Shown here piece after piece: positions 50,763 through 59,603 of a stretch of 64,000 nucleotides of DNA. The stretch is from Flavobacteriales bacterium. Lineage in GTDB: Bacteria > Bacteroidota > Bacteroidia > Flavobacteriales > UBA7312. Numbering within the stretch: position 1 is the first letter of the stretch; each line of letters begins with the position of its first letter. A program made the translations under genes and the position numbers. The stretch covers positions 8,230 through 72,229 of the forward strand of contig CBFIDK010000008.1 of assembly GCA_965661345.1 (NCBI GenBank), read 5' to 3'. A model generated the notes under the pieces. The model was not told where the DNA came from. It ran no database searches and saw only the letters and a program-made list of their open reading frames with translations.

Positions 50763-50871
50763 GAAAGAATGACAGCAACAATAACATCTGCAAGTGGTGG
50801 CACCGATTCCCAGATATAATTCCAGCAAATGACCAAAACGAGCCAAACAAACCAAACTAGATTAAATTGCT

Positions 50872-51414
50872 TCATTTTCTTGTTAAATAGGTATATAACT
50901 TAACAGTTATCAAAGCTACAAAAGTTCCCCATAGCATTCCGCCAACAATGTCAAAAGGGTAGTGCACCCCCACATAAACTCTGCTGTAAGAAACTAAAAC
51001 TGCCCATAAAAAGAGAAAAAGAAATAGTGTTTTCTTCTCTAGTATTTTCCCTATAAAAATGGCTAATCCAAAAACATTTGAAGCGTGCGAGGAAACAAAT
51101 CCAAATTGCCCGCCACAGCCTTCAGTAACTAAGCGAATGTTTTCTAAGGCATAGCACGGACGTAATCTTTGAAAAGTATTTTTGAATAAATGGACGCTTC
51201 CTAAATCACAACAAGCAATTACGATGCCAATTGTGGCTAAAATCCAGAGGCTTTCTTTGCCCTTTTCCTTAATTATTATAAAGACTAAAAGAACATAGAG
51301 TGGAATCCATGAAAGCTTGTGAGTGGTAAAAAGCATAAACGCATCCCAACTTTCTTTACCAGATTGATTTATAAGGTAAAACCATTGTTCATCAAGTTCA
51401 ATAAGCCATTCCAT
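50872..51414 (-). CDS. PAP2-family lipid phosphatase
   Basis: Contains KNTFQRLRP, SFVSSH and SRVYVGVHYPFD (the three PAP2 motifs). 180 aa, multi-TM. Confidence 0.85.
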   Translation of the reverse strand: MEWLIELDEQWFYLINQSGKESWDAFMLFTTHKLSWIPLYVLLVFIIIKEKGKESLWILATIGIVIACCDLGSVHLFKNTFQRLRPCYALENIRLVTEGCGGQFGFVSSHASNVFGLAIFIGKILEKKTLFLFLFLWAVLVSYSRVYVGVHYPFDIVGGMLWGTFVALITVKLYTYLTRK

Positions 51415-52413
51415 TTAAGTCGTCAATTTTTGCCAAATTTTATCTTTCAATTCCATAAGTCCTGATTGTGCAACTGATGATATAAATAGATGCTCTACGT
51501 CTTTGGGAAGTTCTTTCTTTATTTCTGTTTTTAACTCTTCATCTAGCATGTCGGATTTACTAATGGCTAGCAATCGTTCTTTGTCCAGTAATTCGGGATT
51601 GTATTTTTCAAGTTCACCAACTAATATCTGATATTCTTTTGCAATATCGTCGCTATCAGCAGGCACTAAAAAGAGTAGGGTAGAGTTTCGTTCTATATGC
51701 CTCAAAAAGCGTAAACCTAAGCCTTTTCCTTCAGCGGCACCTTCAATAATTCCAGGGATATCGGCCATTATAAATGAGCGGTCTTCTCGATAAGAAACAA
51801 TTCCAAGGTTTGGAACTAAAGTAGTAAATGGATAGTTAGCAATTTCTGGTTTTGCTGCGGAAACTACGGATAATAAAGTAGATTTTCCGGCATTAGGAAA
51901 GCCTACAAGACCTACATCCGCTAGCACTTTCAGTTCAAGAATAAACCAATCTTCTAGGCTGTCAATACCTGGTTGAGCATAGCGAGGCGTTTGGTTAGTT
52001 GACGATTTAAAATGTACATTTCCTTTTCCACCTTTTCCGCCTTCAAGAAGAATTTTTTCTTCGTTGTGTTTAGTGATTTCAAACAGTACCTCACCCGTTT
52101 CGGCATGTTTAGCAACTGTGCCTAGAGGAACTTGAAGTATTTTACTTTCTCCGTCTTTTCCAATTTTATTATTTCCAGAGCCAGCACCACCGTGCTCGGC
52201 AAAAAGGTGTTTTTGGTATTTCAAATGCAGGAGTGTCCACATTTGGTCATTGCCTTGAACGATTATGTGTCCACCACGACCACCGTCTCCACCGTCTGGT
52301 CCGCCTTTAGCCGTGTTTCTATCTCTGAGAAAATGAGTAGATCCAGCTCCGCCTTTGCCTGATCGACAAAAGATTTTGACATAATCAACAAAGTTGGAGT
52401 TTTTTACTTTCAT
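51415..52413 (-). CDS. obgE: GTPase Obg/CgtA
   Basis: Gly-rich Obg fold (GGDGGRGG) and a G-domain with [15 protein letters not shown] and SKSD. Confidence 0.95.
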   Translation of the reverse strand: MKVKNSNFVDYVKIFCRSGKGGAGSTHFLRDRNTAKGGPDGGDGGRGGHIIVQGNDQMWTLLHLKYQKHLFAEHGGAGSGNNKIGKDGESKILQVPLGTVAKHAETGEVLFEITKHNEEKILLEGGKGGKGNVHFKSSTNQTPRYAQPGIDSLEDWFILELKVLADVGLVGFPNAGKSTLLSVVSAAKPEIANYPFTTLVPNLGIVSYREDRSFIMADIPGIIEGAAEGKGLGLRFLRHIERNSTLLFLVPADSDDIAKEYQILVGELEKYNPELLDKERLLAISKSDMLDEELKTEIKKELPKDVEHLFISSVAQSGLMELKDKIWQKLTT

Positions 52414-52985
52414 TACAGTTTATCGATTGCTACACACAATTTAGCGTTGATGTCCTCAATAGATCCTACACCTTCTATGCTCTGCAATTTGTTTTGAGTG
52501 TTGTAGAATTCTTTGAGCGGTGCTGTTTTGTTGTTGTATTCGTTAATTCGGTTTCTAATAATGGTTTCGTTAGCATCGTCTGCTCGACCACTGCTTTTAC
52601 CACGTTCTAATAACCGTTTGGTGAGTTCATCATCATCAACGTCAAGCGATAACATTGTAGTGATTGAAGTATTTAAATCTGATAACATAGTGTCAAGAGA
52701 TTCCGCTTGAGCTGTTGTTCTAGGAAACCCATCAAAAATAAAACCATTCGCTTGTGGGTTATTTTCTAGTATGGACTGAATCATTTTAATGACCACTTCG
52801 TCAGGGACTAAATCCCCTCTGTCCATTATGCTTTTGGCCTGTAGACCTAGTTCACTTCCTTTGGCAATTTCTCCTCTGAGTATATCTCCAGTAGAAAGAT
52901 GAATAAGAGAGTATTTGTCAATGAGCAATTGAGATTGTGTTCCTTTTCCTGCGCCCGGAGGTCCAAACAAGACAATATTTAACAT
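52413..52985 (-). CDS. adk: Adenylate kinase (short, zinc-less LID form)
   Basis: Contains [10 protein letters not shown] and FDGFPRT. 190 aa. Confidence 0.95.
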   Translation of the reverse strand: MLNIVLFGPPGAGKGTQSQLLIDKYSLIHLSTGDILRGEIAKGSELGLQAKSIMDRGDLVPDEVVIKMIQSILENNPQANGFIFDGFPRTTAQAESLDTMLSDLNTSITTMLSLDVDDDELTKRLLERGKSSGRADDANETIIRNRINEYNNKTAPLKEFYNTQNKLQSIEGVGSIEDINAKLCVAIDKL

Positions 52986-53518
52986 TTTTGAGATTTTTTG
53001 AGTTTGTAAATTTGGGGTAAAGTTCGTCCTAATTCTTCATAATCCAAACCATATCCAACGATAAATTCGTTTGGGATTTCTTTTCCGACGTAATCAATGG
53101 GTATGGATTTTTTATACACACTAGGTTTCAAAAATAAACTGGCGTAGTATATGTTTTTGGGTTCTTCTTGCAATAAACGTTTGTTTAAATAGTCCAGAGT
53201 ATTTCCAGTGTCAATGATATCTTCTAGTACAACAACTGTTCGTCCTTTTATATTTTTTGGCACACCTATTATGTCCTTTACCTCCCCACTACTTTCTGTT
53301 CCAATGTATGATTTGAGCTGCATAAAACTCAGTTCTGCATCGAAGTCAAGCGCTTTTACTAAATCAGAGGCGAAAATGAAAGAGCCTTTTAAGATGATAA
53401 TGAATAAAGGATTCTCGTCTTTTAATTCAGCCATTCTAGTGGCCATACTTCCCACAATTTTTTGAATTTCAAATTCTGAAAGGTAAGGTTCAAAGATTTT
53501 GTCGTGAATTTGTACCAT
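52979..53518 (-). CDS. hpt: Hypoxanthine(-guanine) phosphoribosyltransferase
   Basis: PRPP motif VVVLEDIIDTGNTL. 179 aa. Confidence 0.9.
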   Translation of the reverse strand: MVQIHDKIFEPYLSEFEIQKIVGSMATRMAELKDENPLFIIILKGSFIFASDLVKALDFDAELSFMQLKSYIGTESSGEVKDIIGVPKNIKGRTVVVLEDIIDTGNTLDYLNKRLLQEEPKNIYYASLFLKPSVYKKSIPIDYVGKEIPNEFIVGYGLDYEELGRTLPQIYKLKKSQKC

Positions 53519-53577
53519 TAATACAATTTAGCTGCGAATTTACAATAAAACTACTATTTTAATCTTACAACTTTTTT

Positions 53578-53585
53578 TAAATTTG
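53578..53585 (+). promoter_or_regulatory. Candidate -7 box TAaaTTTG upstream of purE
   Basis: Exact TAnnTTTG ending 37 nt before ATG 53623. Confidence 0.45.
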
Positions 53586-53622
53586 CACTTTATAAATCTT
53601 AAACAGAAACACTTTAATTAAT

Positions 53623-54135
53623 ATGAAAGCAGTAGTAAGCATTATTATGGGAAGCACTTCAGATATGCCAGTTATGAGAAAGGCGGCGGACTTCCTAAAT
53701 TCTATGGAAATTCCATTTGAAATAAACGCCTTGTCGGCACACCGTGTCCCTGAAAAAGTTGAGGACTTTGCAACAAACGCACATGCTCGTGGCATCAAGG
53801 TGATTATTGCTGGTGCTGGTGGCGCTGCTCACTTGCCTGGTGTAGTTGCTGCTTTTGCTACAGTTCCTGTAATTGGTGTACCTTGTCGTTCTTCCATTTC
53901 AATTGACGGATGGGACAGTATTCTTTCTATTCTACAAATGCCTCCAGGAATTCCTGTTGCAACTGTAGGCTTAGATGCCGCATACAATGCTGGTATTTTA
54001 GCCGGACAAATCTTATCTACCTCCGATGATGCCCTGCATGCCAGAATGGTAGAGTTTAAAATGAACATGAAACAAAAAATCGTAAAAGCTAACCAAGATT
54101 TAGCTAGTGAAAAGTTTGACTTTAGAGTACAGTAA
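53623..54135 (+). CDS. purE: 5-(carboxyamino)imidazole ribonucleotide mutase
   Basis: Contains IIMGSTSD, SAHR and AGGAAHLPGVVAA. 170 aa. Confidence 0.95.
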   Translation: MKAVVSIIMGSTSDMPVMRKAADFLNSMEIPFEINALSAHRVPEKVEDFATNAHARGIKVIIAGAGGAAHLPGVVAAFATVPVIGVPCRSSISIDGWDSILSILQMPPGIPVATVGLDAAYNAGILAGQILSTSDDALHARMVEFKMNMKQKIVKANQDLASEKFDFRVQ

Positions 54136-54163
54136 GCATACACTTTAATATGGTGTAAAAAAA

Positions 54164-54190
54164 GCCCTTCGAAACGAAGGGCTTTTTTTT
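54164..54190 (+). terminator. Rho-independent terminator after purE
   Basis: GCCCTTCG - AAA - CGAAGGGC followed by T8, and preceded by A7. Confidence 0.85.
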
Positions 54191-54335
54191 ATGATATTTA
54201 CAAAAGTAATTACTGATGAACTTTATGTATGGTTGTCTGAGTCTTCTTTTTTAGAGATGAAGCATGAATTTATCTTTTTTGATTTTTCAACATCGAACTC
54301 TAGCTTTAAAAAATATTAATCATAAAATTTAAACC

Positions 54336-54821
54336 ATGTTAATCAACAATTTTTTAAAAACTGTATTTGTTCTAAGTATTTTTTTGTTTTCCTGTTCTAT
54401 TATTATCGAAGATTCTGACACATTAAAATCAGATAAAAACACCACTCATTTGAATGAAGAAATAGCGGCCTATTTAAAAGCCAATTATGAAGGCTACACT
54501 GTATTAGAATCGTTTGAATTTTTGAATGATAATTATTCAGCATATTCTTTGCAGATAGAAAAAGAGAATATCAAAGAAAGTATATTAGTAGTTCTTGACT
54601 TAAATGAAAATTTTGAAGCCGTTAGAGTTAATAACGACATACATTTTATTGATTTAAGTGGTGATAATTCGATTGAATTGGTGAATAATGACGGAAGCCT
54701 TGCATACACCATCGAGTCAAATCCTAAACGTACAAAAAAAGATAAAAATGTTTTCGCCTGTAAAACTTCCGATTGCCTTTTCACTCAACTATCGGATTAT
54801 CATTTTAGTTGCGACCGTTAA
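54336..54821 (+). CDS. Hypothetical secreted protein / possible lipoprotein
   Basis: The N-terminal segment FVLSIFLFSCS has a lipobox-like Cys. No recognisable domain. Confidence 0.5.
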   Translation: MLINNFLKTVFVLSIFLFSCSIIIEDSDTLKSDKNTTHLNEEIAAYLKANYEGYTVLESFEFLNDNYSAYSLQIEKENIKESILVVLDLNENFEAVRVNNDIHFIDLSGDNSIELVNNDGSLAYTIESNPKRTKKDKNVFACKTSDCLFTQLSDYHFSCDR

Positions 54822-55202
54822 AGAACTAAATTAGAAACACAAGAAAAGAATTCAGAAAAGGAAAGAAAGTGATAGTCCTAAAACTAAGGGCATCATAGCT
54901 AATGGCTCTATCAATTAAAAGAGTGTAACACTAACAAACTAATTTAAGATTTAAGCGTTTAATTGAATGTAAGTTCTCATTTTAAAGACAATACTCATGA
55001 AAAACATTTTTTTTCTCTTCTTTCTTGTGCATTTTAGTGTTTATTAAAAAGTCCTCTATTTCTTTAACTTATCGGTATTATTTTGGAAAAACTATTTAGT
55101 AGTACAATTGTAAATTACCTCAACAAGACCGCATCCGATCTGCATGAGTAAACTATCAAAACTCAAAATATTTTTATAAATTAGGCTTTCATAATTAAAG
55201 CT

Positions 55203-55958
55203 ATGAAAACCGCCTTACTTTTCCTGTGTCTTACGGCGAGTACACTTACACATGCCCAATACACCCTTTCTGATGGTCAGTCAGTTGTAGGTAGAGGATT
55301 GTGGTCTGAAAATGTGGCCGGTATTAGTCATTCAACAGATTACGCTCTTGGAATTTCCAACGATTATGCTTTTGGTCTGAGTGAATTATCTACCTCAAAA
55401 ATTTCGGTTGTTGCACCCCTTAATTTTGGAGTTTTAAATGCCAACTGGTCCAATCGAGGCGATGCACTGTACAGTGAAAATGAACTAGCGCTTTCCTTTG
55501 CAAGGCATTTCAGTTCTTTTTTTCAGCTTGGGATGAGGTTTAGGTTAAATTCCACTGCTGTAAATCACGAAACACAATCCGTCTTTCTTGCAGATATCGG
55601 TATGCAATCGGCAATTACTAACCAGCTTTCATTTGGCGTTGAATTGGAAAACCCCTTTAGAGCCGACTTACAAAGCACTTCACTGGAAATAGGTGTGGCC
55701 TATTGGCTTTCTGAAAAAGCCTCATTATTTCTTTCTACTAGAAAAGAATCGGATTTACCAACCTCCGTAATTATGCATATTAATTACAGTTTACTTGAAA
55801 AAGTTTCCTTTCATGCGGCCTTATCAAATACGGCCTTCTTTAATCGTTTTGCGGTTTCTTACAGATTGAAAGGCTTGTCTTTAGAACTATTTTTATCACA
55901 TCATTCCTATCTGGGTTTTAGTCCACAAGTTGGAATCTCTTATTCATTTGGGAAATGA
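55203..55958 (+). CDS. Hypothetical outer-membrane protein (predicted small beta-barrel)
   Basis: Signal peptide MKTALLFLCLTASTLTHAQ. Alternating hydrophobic strand patterns run throughout (LEIGVAYWL, VIMHINYSL, FAVSYRL, LSLELFLS, VGISYSF). Confidence 0.55.
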   Translation: MKTALLFLCLTASTLTHAQYTLSDGQSVVGRGLWSENVAGISHSTDYALGISNDYAFGLSELSTSKISVVAPLNFGVLNANWSNRGDALYSENELALSFARHFSSFFQLGMRFRLNSTAVNHETQSVFLADIGMQSAITNQLSFGVELENPFRADLQSTSLEIGVAYWLSEKASLFLSTRKESDLPTSVIMHINYSLLEKVSFHAALSNTAFFNRFAVSYRLKGLSLELFLSHHSYLGFSPQVGISYSFGK

Positions 55959-57835
55959 GACAAATAGTTATTTTGATTTTTCTGTACAGTTATGCCTATG
56001 CTCAAGAATTTCCTGAATCTTTGACTATTTATTTGGAAAACGAAGATGTAGGGCAAACTGAACTTTCTTATTTACACGAAGTTTTAGAAAGACCTTTAAA
56101 TCTGAACGACTGCTACATTGACGATTTATTACAACTGCCATTTATTTCCAAGATTGAGGCAAATGCTATATTACGGTACAGAAAGTCCAAGGGGTATTTT
56201 CGTTCGGTTTATGAGTTACAAGCTATCGATGGATTAAAAAGGAATACAATTAGTTTGTTGCTAGAATGTGTTCGTGTTGAACCAAAATCAGTTGACATCA
56301 AAAAAATACGACACCAATGGACGGCTTTATACCAAAGCTTTTTGGAAGAACAGAAAGAATTTAGTAACAGCACATACATTGGTAGTAAAAGCAAGAATTA
56401 TTTGAGGTATAAAGGCAAGACTAGAAACATGAATTTTGGTCTGCTTACTGAAAAAGATGCCGGTGAAAAGCCTTTAGATTTTTACTCTTTCCATTTTGAT
56501 TTAAAAAAAAGAAATACGCATATCTTTATTGGAGATTATCAGCTTTCTTTGGGACAAGGCTTGCTTCATTATCAGGGCTTTGGCTTTGGCAAGTCGGCGG
56601 ACGTCCTAAATACTTTTAAAAGAACTAAAACACTTCGTTCTCATACGTCAACTCGAGAAAATCAATTTTACAGAGGCTTTGCTATTGAACAAAAACACAA
56701 GAATTGGAAACTGTCCTCTTGGCTTTCTTACAAGCCAATTGATGGAAATGAAGATGAAGAGTCACGAATAGTAACTTCTATAAGTGAGACGGGCTTGCAC
56801 AGAACGGATTCAGAAATTGAAAATAAAAATCAACTGCTTCAAAAAACATATGGTGCAAGAGTAAACTTTGAAAAAAAACGCTTTAACTCTTCCATCTATT
56901 TTAAAAATCAAATTTGGGATAAACCCATAAAAGCACTTAATGACACAATTGAGCATGCTTTTTATTTAGCTTCAGATTATTCCATTACATTAAAAAATAT
57001 GCACCTCTTTGGTGAGATTAGTCTAACACAGAATGTAGCTTCTTACTTATCTGCCTTGACTATAAATTTATCAAAGAATTTATCTTACGCTTTGCTCTAC
57101 AGAAATTACTCTCCAGATTATTTTGCTTTGGAGTCAAATGCTTTTGGCGAACAAACGACAAATAGAAATGAGAGAGGCTTATATTCGGCAGTAAATGTTG
57201 ACTTTTCAAAAAAATGGAGTTTATCGTTTTATTCAGACTATTATTATTTCCCAGAAGAAAGTTATTACAGCAATAGTCCTTTGAGAGGAAAAGATTTCAG
57301 AGCTCAATTAACTCACAAACCCTCAAAACAATGGCAGGCATTGGCACGATTTAATTACGAAGCCAAAACAAATAACCTCAATGACGAACTTGGTCTTCAC
57401 CCCATTCAAGCGTCCAAAAGCATGAATATTCTTGCACAGATAAATTACAGACGTAATGATTTTTCTTTCAAAAGCCGATCGGTTTGGAGCAATAAAGATG
57501 ACAATTGGGGATATTTGATTTTTTACGATGTGAAATACAATCCTTTAGAAAGTCCTTGGGCCTGTTCTTTGAGGTATCTTTTATTTGATACTCCTGACTA
57601 TTCAACTCGAGTATATGTCTATGAGCCCGATGTCTTATATTCCTTTTCTGTTCCAGCTTTTTATGGCGAGGGAAAGAGGGTGGTAGGGCTTCTCAAATAC
57701 AGATTTAATAAGCATTTAACCTTTAATTTTAAGCTAGCTCAAACGGTTTATTTCGATGAAACGCCTATTCGTTCTGGTAGTGTAAAAGGGGATAGATTAA
57801 CCGATTTTAAGGTGTTAATTAAATATGTTCTTTAA
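55955..57835 (+). CDS. Secreted ComEA-like helix-hairpin-helix domain fused to a large predicted outer-membrane beta-barrel
   Basis: Signal peptide present. The HhH region LLQLPFISKIEANAILRYRKSKGYFRSVYELQAIDGL is followed by ~520 aa of amphipathic beta-strand patterns (YSAVNVDFSKKWSLSFYSDYYYF, LLKYRFNKHLTFNFKLAQTVYF). The ATGA overlaps the upstream gene. Confidence 0.6.
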   Translation: MRQIVILIFLYSYAYAQEFPESLTIYLENEDVGQTELSYLHEVLERPLNLNDCYIDDLLQLPFISKIEANAILRYRKSKGYFRSVYELQAIDGLKRNTISLLLECVRVEPKSVDIKKIRHQWTALYQSFLEEQKEFSNSTYIGSKSKNYLRYKGKTRNMNFGLLTEKDAGEKPLDFYSFHFDLKKRNTHIFIGDYQLSLGQGLLHYQGFGFGKSADVLNTFKRTKTLRSHTSTRENQFYRGFAIEQKHKNWKLSSWLSYKPIDGNEDEESRIVTSISETGLHRTDSEIENKNQLLQKTYGARVNFEKKRFNSSIYFKNQIWDKPIKALNDTIEHAFYLASDYSITLKNMHLFGEISLTQNVASYLSALTINLSKNLSYALLYRNYSPDYFALESNAFGEQTTNRNERGLYSAVNVDFSKKWSLSFYSDYYYFPEESYYSNSPLRGKDFRAQLTHKPSKQWQALARFNYEAKTNNLNDELGLHPIQASKSMNILAQINYRRNDFSFKSRSVWSNKDDNWGYLIFYDVKYNPLESPWACSLRYLLFDTPDYSTRVYVYEPDVLYSFSVPAFYGEGKRVVGLLKYRFNKHLTFNFKLAQTVYFDETPIRSGSVKGDRLTDFKVLIKYVL

Positions 57836-57842
57836 ATAATTT

Positions 57843-57850
57843 TATATTTG
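57843..57850 (+). promoter_or_regulatory. Candidate -7 box TAtaTTTG upstream of the acyl-CoA synthetase gene
   Basis: Exact TAnnTTTG. It overlaps the ORF-track TTG start (57848), which argues for ATG 57872 as the true start. Confidence 0.45.
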
Positions 57851-57871
57851 GGGAAATCAAATGTTAAACCT

Positions 57872-59512
57872 ATGCAAGATTATAATTCACCTTTAGAGAT
57901 GCTTTACAAGTGGGAAAATGAATCCCCTAATAAATTATATATGCGTCAGCCGATCAATGATGAATGGCACAAATGGACTTGGTCCGAAACAGCTGCTGAA
58001 ATCAGAAAAATGGCTGGCTATCTTCAATCGCTTGATTTAGCGCCTAAAAGTAAAATTGCAATACTTTCCAAAAATTGCGCCCATTGGATAATGAGTGACT
58101 TAGCCATCATGATGGCGGGACATGTTTCGGTTCCTCTATACCCAAATTTACAGGCGGAGAGTATTAAACAAATCTTGGATCATAGTGAAGCTAAACTTGT
58201 CTTTGTAGGGAAATTAGACGATTTCGAAAGTATGCGTCCAGGAATACCTAAGGACATGCCATGCATTGCCTATCCTTTTTATTCAGAAGAAGGCTATCCA
58301 GTTTGGGACGAGGTAGCAAAAAATGTTACGCCTGTTGCTGAAAATGTAATACGAGAGCCTAATGATTTAGCTACAATTATTTACACCTCAGGTACAACGG
58401 GAATGCCTAAAGGTGTAATGCATAAATTTTATAACTTTTCTTTTGCAACTTCAAATGCGGTTCCATTATTAGGATTAGCTACTGAAGAGCGTTTTTTCTC
58501 TTACCTACCACTTTGTCATATTGCAGAGCGTTTGTTGGTAGAAATGGGGAGTTTGTACTCAGGAGGAATGGTATCATTCGCAGAAAGTTTGGATACTTTC
58601 GCTAAAAATTTATCCGATACTAAGCCAACGGCATTTTTAGGAGTTCCGCGTATATGGACAAAATTCCAGCAAGGCATTTTAATGAAATTACCTCAGAAAA
58701 AACTAAATGTATTACTTGCGATTCCTGGCGTATCATCGCTTATAAAAAAGAAGATAAAATCAGGACTTGGTTTGCAAGAAGCTAGAAATGTGTTTACAGG
58801 AGCTGCTCCTACACCAGTATCAACATTAAAGTGGTTTCAGCGTTTAGGAATCAACATTCAAGAAGCCTATGCAATGACTGAAAACTGTTGCTATTCACAC
58901 GTTACATTAAATGACGATATCCAATTTGGATTTGTAGGCAAAGCATTACCCCATTGTGAAGTAAAACTTAGTGAGAAAAATGAAATTCTTATCAAGCACG
59001 TTGCATTGATGGATGGCTACTATAAAGAAGAAAAACAGACCAATGAAACTATCAAAGACGGATGGTTATATACAGGTGATGAAGGGCATATTGATAGTAA
59101 AGGATTTTTGAAGATTACTGGAAGAGTAAAGGATTTATTCAAAACCTCTAAAGCAAAGTATGTTGCACCAGCACCAATTGAGATGAAGCTTTCTGCCAAT
59201 AAAAATATTGAGCAAGTATGTGTGGTAGGTGAAAACATTCCTCAGCCAATAGCTTTAGTCACTCTCTCAGAATATGGTAAAGGAAGACCTTCAGAGGATG
59301 TTGTAGCGAGTTTATCAAAAACACTTTCGGTCGTAAATCCAAAATTTAATGCGCATGAACGCTTGAAAAAGATTATTGTGCTAGACCAAGAATGGACTAT
59401 TGAAAATAATTTATTGACACCATCAATGAAAATTAAACGTAATGAAGTAGAGAAACTTCACAAGGAAAATTACGTTTCTTGGTACGAAAGAGAAGAAGAG
59501 GTAGTCTGGTAA
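57872..59512 (+). CDS. Long-chain fatty acid--CoA ligase (AMP-forming)
   Basis: Contains IIYTSGTTGMPKGV, YAMTE, TGD and the rest of the ANL superfamily core. Confidence 0.85.
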   Translation: MQDYNSPLEMLYKWENESPNKLYMRQPINDEWHKWTWSETAAEIRKMAGYLQSLDLAPKSKIAILSKNCAHWIMSDLAIMMAGHVSVPLYPNLQAESIKQILDHSEAKLVFVGKLDDFESMRPGIPKDMPCIAYPFYSEEGYPVWDEVAKNVTPVAENVIREPNDLATIIYTSGTTGMPKGVMHKFYNFSFATSNAVPLLGLATEERFFSYLPLCHIAERLLVEMGSLYSGGMVSFAESLDTFAKNLSDTKPTAFLGVPRIWTKFQQGILMKLPQKKLNVLLAIPGVSSLIKKKIKSGLGLQEARNVFTGAAPTPVSTLKWFQRLGINIQEAYAMTENCCYSHVTLNDDIQFGFVGKALPHCEVKLSEKNEILIKHVALMDGYYKEEKQTNETIKDGWLYTGDEGHIDSKGFLKITGRVKDLFKTSKAKYVAPAPIEMKLSANKNIEQVCVVGENIPQPIALVTLSEYGKGRPSEDVVASLSKTLSVVNPKFNAHERLKKIIVLDQEWTIENNLLTPSMKIKRNEVEKLHKENYVSWYEREEEVVW

Positions 59513-59575
59513 ACAACATCTTAATAACTTTTTAAAAAGCTGCAGTTTTTAGTTCATTTATACTAGAGGTATTTT

Positions 59576-59583
59576 TATTTTTG
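59576..59583 (+). promoter_or_regulatory. Candidate -7 box TAttTTTG upstream of purL
   Basis: Exact TAnnTTTG ending 20 nt before ATG 59604. Confidence 0.45.
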
Positions 59584-59603
59584 CCCTTTAGAAAAATGAA
59601 CTT

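Noticed and set aside
50727-50855. A Cys-rich N-terminal extension (…TTCRCYCCCHSFYF…) on the phosphatase ORF that could look like a metal-binding leader.
   Set aside because: A TAttTTTG promoter box (50755-50762, minus strand) lies inside it. GTG 50726 yields a canonical signal peptide, so the extension is most likely untranslated.
53577-54143. Minus-strand ORFs 53577-53798 and 53829-54143.
   Set aside because: They are antisense to purE, whose frame carries all the canonical PurE motifs.
54838-55030. Long-range complementarity between CACAAGAAA(A)GAA (54838-54850) and TTCTTTCTTGTG (55018-55029), which could form a ~190-nt RNA domain.
   Set aside because: Only 9+3 bp pair, with a bulge, and both arms are homopurine or homopyrimidine low-complexity sequence in an AT-rich region. 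This is compatible with chance, and I cannot assess covariation.
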